Of a stretch of DNA of 20,000 nucleotides, positions 7,598 to 16,500 are shown one piece after another. Origin of the DNA: an uncultured virus (IMG/VR IMGVR_UViG_3300020357_000003) (lineage: Duplodnaviria > Heunggongvirae > Uroviricota > Caudoviricetes); IMG/VR virus record IMGVR_UViG_3300020357_000003; one strand, given 5' to 3'. Under the pieces are notes generated by a model. The model did not search any database, had not been told where the DNA came from, and saw nothing but the letters and a program-made list of their open reading frames with translations. The first letter of the stretch is position 1. Every line of letters starts with the position of its first letter. The translations under genes were made by a program, and so were the position numbers.

Positions 7598-10500
7598 ATG
7601 GCACTTAAAGAAGAGCTACATAACGCAGACATTGTTCAAGCGTTAACTAATGGCGCAACTCCACCAAAACCTTCCGCAAGAGACTCCCTTTTACAGACTA
7701 AAGCCGCTAGTTTAGCTAATGTACTAAATGCTAAACGCAATAGTGTCCATAATCTTAAAGCTACTAGATTAGCACAGGTTATAAATCACAAATATGGTAT
7801 GGGTGGGGCAACTCCCAATGTAGTCGGTACTAACAGTGATACTTTATCTACAGGTGAATTTGGTAATGTTACGTTTTCTGATAAAGTAAATCCAGACCCT
7901 GTAGTTACAGATGTAACAGCTGACCCTCTTACTACTCCTAAATCTTTTACAGAAGAAAATGAGATTTTTACGGCTATAGATGGAGCTGCTGAAGAATTTG
8001 GACTTCCTAAAGCATTATTTCGTTCGTTAGTTTTTGAAGAATCAGGCAATAAACAAACTGCTAAATCTCCAACCAATGTTAGAGGTATAGCTCAAGTAAC
8101 ACAACAAACCATGGAAGAAATGTTACCTGGTGGCGATGTAAATAATGCCGCTCATCAGTTGTATGCTGGAGCTAAGTACTTATCTAAGCATGTTAATAGA
8201 TGGAAACTTAAAGGATTTGACGAACGACAAGCTCAACAGTTAGCTGCTGCATCATATAATACTGGTTTTAGTCGTGTGCTGGAAGCTATTAAAGCAACTA
8301 AAAAAACTCATCCTACAATGCAAGAAATAGAAACTGCTGGTATTGCTCTATTTAAACAACGACCATTTAAAGGTGGAGTTAAAGAAGGCCCTGGTGGAAA
8401 AAAAGTAGCTACCAAAAAACGTAAAGATCTTGATAGTTTTAAAGAAGGTATGGGGCATTGGAAAAAAATTCATTACAAAGATGGTGTATTACAAGATTTT
8501 ACTAAACCTACTCCTCAAACACCGTTTGTTACAAAAATGCCAGAAGCAGTTGAGGAGACGTCCAAGCCAGTATCTAGTCAAACACATAAACCAGAAGACA
8601 AACCAACACCTCCTCCTATTAAAACAATTGATCCATCTGTTGATATTAGTGCTCCTGGTGGTATTGCAAAGGCTGTACAAGAAGCTCCTCCTGCTGATGT
8701 AGATTTACGAGATACTGGGGCAGATCGTAGAAAAGCTGAAAGACTACAAGCACAAAGAAGAGAATTTAAACGAATAGATGAACTTAGAAAAATTACTAAT
8801 AAGGCAGATAAAGAAGAAGTTGTTTTAACACCTACTCACAAATTACCTCATCTTAAAGAGCACAAGCCTCCTACACCTATTACTAAACCTCCTAGTGTTG
8901 ATATAGATAGAAGAGATCCAGGTAAAGACCGTGCAAGAGCAGAAAAACTGCAAGCAGAACAACGAAAATTTAAAAGAATAGATCAAGAACTAAGTAGCCG
9001 TAAAAAACAAAAGAAGTTTAGTGTGGATAGTCTTAGTGGTTATGGAGATTTTGCAACTGGACGTCAGGATCTTTCCGCAAATCAGTATTTAAATTCTGGT
9101 CTTGATACCATTATGGACAATGTCCAGACCAATAAAAAAATTATAGAAGATAAACATGATTCTGCTTATTTTGATAACAAACGTAAACAAGCTCTTACAA
9201 AGAGAGCAGAAATTATTTCTGATCCTAAAGGAACTTATCAACAACCTGCTGTTACTCCTGAAGTTCCAGAAACGGTACCAGAAGTAACACCAGAAGCAGT
9301 TCCGCAAATAGATGTTCCAGAGCCAGATATTTATAGTCCTCGATCTGTACCAAAAACAGTTAGTGAAAATATTTATAGTCCTGCTACTCCTCGCCCTGCT
9401 GAGGCTAAAACTTATGAGGATTTATACAGTTCTTACAAAACTCCTAATGAAGCACTGATTAAAGAAATTTATAAACTACCAGATTTTACTCCATCATCTC
9501 CAATAGTATCTGTAAATCGTAACTTAGTAGAATTACAAGATGGAACATATCGTCTACTTACACAAGACGGTACATGGATGCCTTTTAGCGATAAAATCGA
9601 AGCTCAAGTATTCATGGCTTATGATATTGCAAACTATCAAGCTAATCTTTTGGATCATCCTGAAGAAACATCAGTATCAGGAATGTACAATAAATTAGTA
9701 GGAGGTTTAGTTGATCCTGTTGAAACTATATTTCAAGGATTTGTAGGAGCTACAACTTTAACAGAACATATTAATGATCATAATAATAGACTTAAAGCTG
9801 GAAGTTTTCTGTCGTCTATTACACATGATCCTAATGATGAAATTACTCAGCAAGACAAATTAAACTATTTAGCAATTCAAGAAAATAAAGGACTATCAGC
9901 TGAGTTGCAGGCATTTAAGGATAGTGAAAAGTATCAAGTAATTGCTACTTTAGATAAGGATGCGAAAGAAAACCAAGACCAACAAGCTAAGCTTAAAGAA
10001 TTCTCTAAAATATGGCATGAAGCACATCCATATAATAGAAAATATATTGAAAGTGCTACTACAGCAATGCGTGTAATTGCTAAAGAGCATGGCAATGCGG
10101 CAGCAGCTTTAGAGCTATTTAAAGAATACAAAGGTACTCTTGCCCTACAAGGTCTTGATAGTTTTGGATATACGGTAGCATTAGTATATGGAAATATACC
10201 TGTCCAACTTGGGCTACTTACTGGCTTAGCTAGAGGCAGAACTAAGGCTAATATTGAGCAGTATGTTGCCGAGCATGGTGAAAAGGCATTAACACCTGAA
10301 ATACTTACGGATATTAAAATATTTTCTACTTTACAAGAAGTATCTGAAAAAGTAAGTGCAGGTATAGTTGTAAAACAACTTAAATTAATCCCAGGATTAG
10401 GTGGTGCTGGTTTATGGGGCACACAGATAACGAATGGTGTATTGGCAACTATACATCCTACTGTACGTACGTTAGGTAAAGTAGTATGGGCTCCTCCTAA

Positions 10501-13500
10501 AATGTTTGGTGCTGAGTTTGTACAAGGAACAACTAATTCAATGCTGGAACAAGCGGCATTACAGAAAAAAGTTGATATTGGTAAAGCAGCAGTTGAAGGA
10601 GGAATTCCAGAAGGATTTGCAGTTGGTACTATGGCACCAGCAATGGCAGTTGGAGGAACAGCCAAAGAGGTAACTAAAAAAGTTGCTAAAAAAGCATGGG
10701 ATCCTTCTGGAAAGAAAGCAGCAGCTAAAACAGACAAAGCAACTAAACAAAAAATTGAAAATGAAATAAAGAGCACTCAAGAAAAAATAGAAAAAATTAA
10801 AAAGATGCAAGAAGCACCTTCTAATTTAAAATCTAAATTAGACGCTCTTACTGAACAATTAACTGATTTACAAGATGCTTATGATGAAATACCCAATCTA
10901 CACGGTAAAACTTTAAGTTTACCTGGTCGACCTGGAAAACTGGAAACTACTAATACCTTACTGAAAAAGCTATATAAGCCTTATGAACAGTTAGTTTCAG
11001 ATGGTGCCATGTCATTAGATGACGCTATCGAAGCAATGAATGATGATTTAGAAGCTGAAATAGAGAAAAGACTAGAAGAGAAAACTAATTTAGAAGAGCA
11101 ACTGCCTGATCCAATCACACTTGAAGATACTGTTGAATATGTACAACATGAGGGCAAAGCAGTACCTGTAGGGATTGGGGCAAGAAAAATGACTGAACTC
11201 TTAGAACTTGAACTCCAATTAGAAACAAAAATAGCTGAACATAAGAGTAATGTTGAAAAGATTAATCAAAGTGACATACCTGGGCCGAAAAAACAGGAAG
11301 CTATTAAAATAGAAGAACAGAAACATGCTACATACCTAGAAGGAGCAATTAAAAAACAGGATAAATTGCTTAATGAGTTACAAGCTCCTCTTAACCCAAC
11401 AATGCTCAAAGTCTATGAAAAACAATTAATAGACGTTAATGATAGAAGAACTAAGGTACTTGAAAATGAATCATATAAAGCAAGTCCTAAGTCTCCGACT
11501 ATGCCAGGATCCGCAAATCCAAAAGGATTTAGGGCTGATGGAACAGGTAGAGATGTAGACAAAATTTCAGATGAAGAAGTTGATGCTCAAATTACATTAA
11601 TTAAAAAGATGAGCGAAGAAGAAGATCCAGATATTACGAATTTTGATCCAAGTGGAAAGTTTAAACCAGGAGACGTAGTTCATTTAAATACAACTGATGA
11701 AGAATTACTTAAAAAAGGTGAACAAGGATTTGTTATTGAAACAATCCTAGGCAAACAAGAAAGAGATGGGAAGGTTCATGTAAAACTTGCAGGAGTAACT
11801 GAAACTGTCCCAATTGATTCATTAATATTTGGAAATAAACCACGAACTGATACAACTCCTTCTACAAAATTAGATCATGTAGAGGCATTAATTGATAAAG
11901 ATTTAACTGATGCACAGATTACAAAAGTACGAGAACAACTCTCAAAAGAAATAAAAGAACTAGAAGAAAAAATAGGAACTGGTAAGAGAGTTCTAGGGTC
12001 ATTAGAAGATAGGCTTGATGAAATAGAAAAGTTAACTCCAGAAGAATTAGAAAAGAAATTAGCAGAAGCCAAGTCCCCAGATGACATAAAATTCTGGACA
12101 GCTAAACTTAATCAAAAAAGAATTCAAAAAGAAAGAGGTGAAAAACAAGACGCTATTGATAAAGATATGGCAACGGTACATGAGGAAATTCTTGAAGGGG
12201 AGAGCAAGAAATTTAAAGGATTACATGCTTACTACACAGACATTGTAACAGCCCTTACTGAATTAACAGATCATGTAAAACTCACAAGACGACTTGAATC
12301 TCTTGTTTCAGATATGCGTACTCATGCTACTAATATAAACAATAAATTAAATGCATTTGATAATGCCTATGAAATATTTACTAGTACTGGTAAAGCCGTA
12401 GCTGTTGTGGGTACTAAAGCTGAAAATAGTAGAGATATGACCTATGAAGTAGTAACAGATATGACCGAGACTCAAATTGATGAAGCACATAAAAAGAAAT
12501 TATATAATGGAAAATTTGCGTATGTTACAAAAATAGATAAAAACTCAGGTAGATTAATTGATACGCTTGCTGGGGAAGTAAATTATGGTAATTGGATTAT
12601 GGGGGTAGTTGAAGGACATAGAAATACTTCTATGGCTAAAAATGAATTCAATAAAGCCCGAAATCTTGCTGAACACGAAGAAGTTTTAAGAAGATTAAAA
12701 AAAGCTAAAGATTCTCTTAAAGCACCTGAAATAGATGAAGCAACAATAGAGGGAATATCAGTTGAAGACATTCCTACAACTCCGACTGCTATTCTTAAAG
12801 AAAACCTAGAAGCTATTTTACAAAGAGGGTTGGAACTTAAAAAGAAAATAGACGAGGGTACAATAACTCCAGAGGAAAAAAATGAACACGAATCTCTCCA
12901 ACAAAGCTATATTGCTCTCAATAAAGAAATTCAAGGACGAGAAAAGATTGAAGGAGCAGAACCAGGAGAACAACTTGACCTTTTTCCAGAAGGTGAAGTC
13001 CCTGAAAGATCTGATGAACCACCTGGCCCAACTACTACACCTTTTGATGAGACTACTCCACCTCCTAGACCGGGTGAAAAAGGAGAGCAACTCTCGTTAT
13101 TCGACAGATCTGCCGAAGATACAACAGAAAAAGGAACACAATTAAATCTGTTTCCTAATTTTATTGAAGGCAGCAAACGAATATACAAAAGAGCTATTAC
13201 AGGAGGTGTACTTAAAGTATTAGGCGGTAAATTAACGGCTACTAATTTAGAACGGCAGTTAAAAGTACTTGGTGCGTATTTTACAGACTTAGTTCAAATC
13301 GGATCCACACGACCTACATTAAAAGATGCTGTTAATACTCTGATGGATGAAGATTTTGATACTCAGGAATCGTTAGTTAATGCCTTAATGAATTTAGGTG
13401 TAACACAAGCATCGGCTGAAACATTATCTAAAAACTTTACGCATTTTAAAAATAGATATGATCAAGTTAGTTCTATAGATTTATCAAGAAAAGAGGTTGT

Positions 13501-16500
13501 AATACGGACGGTTAATAATGTTACAGACGTAGATAAAGATGGGAATCCTATTCTATGGAAAGTAGAAGAATTAAGTAGAGACATAAATGATGCATATGAT
13601 AAAGATGGTCAATACACTAGAGTAAGTAGAGAGATTAAAGATGCATCTGGTAATATTCAGACCACGACTAAGGTATTGCCTACATCTGAACTATTAAATG
13701 TTAGAAATCATGCTTTAAGAGCCCCGTTAACTTTACTTCTTCAAGAAGATCCTACTGGTAATAACAATCAAGGTGTACTACCTAATCAGATAGTATTTAC
13801 CATGATGTTAACAGCTATGTCTTTTAGACAACGTACCCCTAACAATAATAGATTTAAGGATAACGACTTTGCAAAAGAAGCTTTTCTATATAGTGGTAAG
13901 AACCAAACACTTAATAGAAATGAAGATGAGGAACTTAATGACGTTGGTTTTGGGTACCATGATGCAGCTATGGATATGGGAAACCATGCTATTAGTATTT
14001 TAGATCTAAGAGCTAAAAAAATCCCTAAAGACAGTCCTATAGACCAAGTAGGAGCGGATCTATATTTTGAACTCCTAGCTCCTGCACTTGGAATGATGGC
14101 CTTAGAAATTGCTCAAGGCACTGATAAAGGTGCTTATTTTTCTGTAGAGAAAAAATATTGGAATTTTGATGATTACAATGAAAATAGGGCTTTTAACAAT
14201 GCACCTACGCATGAAAAAGTCTCTGATAATGAAGAGATTAGAAAAAAATATCCAGAAGGTAAACCTATACCATTAGAACAACAACAGCATTACTTACATA
14301 TTAAAGTAGATGAAAATCAAAAATGGAACCAAAGTACTTTTGATGCCTTAGAAGAAATGAAAAGTATCTCTAAGGCTAATATGATTAATAGTCCTGGCCC
14401 TTTTCAAACTCCTCCTCCAATAAACCCATCTACAGGTACTTTTACAGAAGCTCCTAAAGGTGGGGAAGTTTATGAAACACTTAAAAGACTTCAAAATGTT
14501 GTATGGAGTAAATTAGAGTCCATGGATCTTGTGGCTGATTTACGAGACACAGATGTCTTGAAAGAGCTAATGGATGTTGAGGAGTTATACGAAACTACTG
14601 AGGATGGTGAAAAAATACAATTATTCCATGACGTTGAAATAGCCAGTAAAACATCTAGAAATAATGGAATGCTAGATACTTTGCAGGAACTATTACAGGC
14701 ATATGATCGTGGGGAATTAACAGCATTTCATTTAGCTTGGAAATTACAAAGCCACCATAGGTATATGCAGGTAGGTAAGATTAATCCTCAAAATAGTAAA
14801 CTTACTAGAGGCTTAGTAGGTGCTTGGGGACTTAATAAAATTTCCGTAGATAATGAACAACAGTTTACTAATTTTAAATTAGCAATTAATGAAGCTTTTG
14901 CTGTAGAGAAAAAAGATTTAGTTGAATCAGAAGAAGCCTTTCAGAATATTATTAATCACTCAAATGTTCTAGCAGCTGTAGAAGCTATGCAACGTCTTAA
15001 TGCCGCTAAAGGAATTCTTAGAACTAAACCTAAAGATGCCAAGGCTAAGAAGGATAAAGACAGAGCTTCTCAAGATCTATCCTCAGCTTTATCAGCAATT
15101 AAAAAAGATAATACATTTAAAGAAGCTGATATTACTCTCCTAAATGGTATTACTGCATTATCTAAATACATGACAGTAGAAGCTATTCAGAAAACTAAAG
15201 CAGGTTATCCAAGTAGAAATAAAAGATATACTAAGAATTTTAGACGAATTGAAGACAAATCAAAATCTACTTTTGAAACTGATCTTTATACTGAAAGGGA
15301 CGGTACTTCTAATGGTTGGGCTATAAATGTACTCCAGTTTCCTATGTGGGACAAAGAAGAACGTATACGTAAGAATAGTCAAGTAGGCCATAATCTTAAA
15401 GATAAGTCCTTTGATCCAAAAGAACCTGGTGTTTATGAAGATCTAGTTAAATTTATGCAGAATAATGACTCTGCTGATGTTGCTTGGGAATGGTACAAAG
15501 ATAAGTATAAGAAAAAAGTATTTTCAAGAGTGTCAAAAGACCTAGTTGATAAAAAAAGATATACTCTGACAAAAGAGGGAGAAGCTAATTTTAAAGAGGA
15601 CTATAACAAGATTAATGCCGCTCTTATAATTATCTATCCAGAGTTTAGAGATCAGGAATCTATGAGGGAGGTTGTTAAGTATCCTTTTATTATGAAGATG
15701 TATGGTGGAGGAATAGCTAATATAGCTAATGAGGTAAGTAATGAAGTAAATAAAGCTATGTACTCACGAATTAGTACTATTCAAAAAGAATACAAAGAGA
15801 TTTTTAATAATGAAGAAGAGGAACTCCTACGTTCAGATATACCTGCATTCCTTACTAAAGTTACTAATAGAAAAGGAGTACCAGACGCTAAACAATATGC
15901 TAAAGAAGATCTTACAAATAGAATTTATACATTAAGAATTTTTAATTCTAATACTATTCCAGGATTAACTGCATCTCAGCATTTTGGAAATCCTTGGGCG
16001 TCTAGAGATATCCCAGGTACTATCAAAACACCAGATATAAAAACTGCTGTTAATAATTATAAAGCATGGTTAGAGGGTACAGCCCATCAAGATGTAGAAC
16101 CTAACCGTAGAAAATGGATTCGTAAACAAATTGGTGATGGTAATTTAGATGATAAAGAATTAGTTTACTACACGACATTGTCGGAACCTAGCCATGCAGA
16201 TGTACTAAGAGATTTGGTAGAAGAAACCTCAAAAACAGCGCTTCCTGTAGACACCCATAAATACAAAAGATATGGATTTTTTGAAAATAGAAAAAATTAT
16301 GAAAAGCAAATTATTACACCTTTTATGGATGCTTTAGAAACACTAAATGCATTTAATCAAACAGATCGAGGAGCTCTTGGTCGAATGTTAATAGAAGGTA
16401 CTAAAAAAGATTTAGGTATAACTCCTCCTGCTTTTAAAGTAAAGCTTAATGACATACAGGTACGTGCAGAATTAAATACTCGTGTTGCTCCTAGATTTGA

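Noticed and set aside
7563..7600. Readthrough or frameshift fusion of the gp51-like gene with vRNAP
   Set aside because: Different frames, TAA stops at 7563-7565 and 7586-7588, and no clear slippery site or stimulatory structure.
8430..8702. + strand ORFs 8430-8702, 12882-13145 and 19686-19874
   Set aside because: Out-of-frame overlaps inside the vRNAP; their Leu/Gln/Lys-rich translations are typical of a shifted reading of the real frame.
9934..10776. 280-aa reverse-strand ORF and the other minus-strand ORFs in the track
   Set aside because: Antisense shadows of long + strand genes, with atypical Ser/Phe/Leu/Cys-rich composition and no recognisable motifs.
15782..16300. Intein or intron as the explanation for the long motif B-C spacing
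   Set aside because: The frame is continuous, and no Cys/Ser start with His-Asn end or LAGLIDADG/HNH motif was seen; the insert looks DUF4326-like instead.
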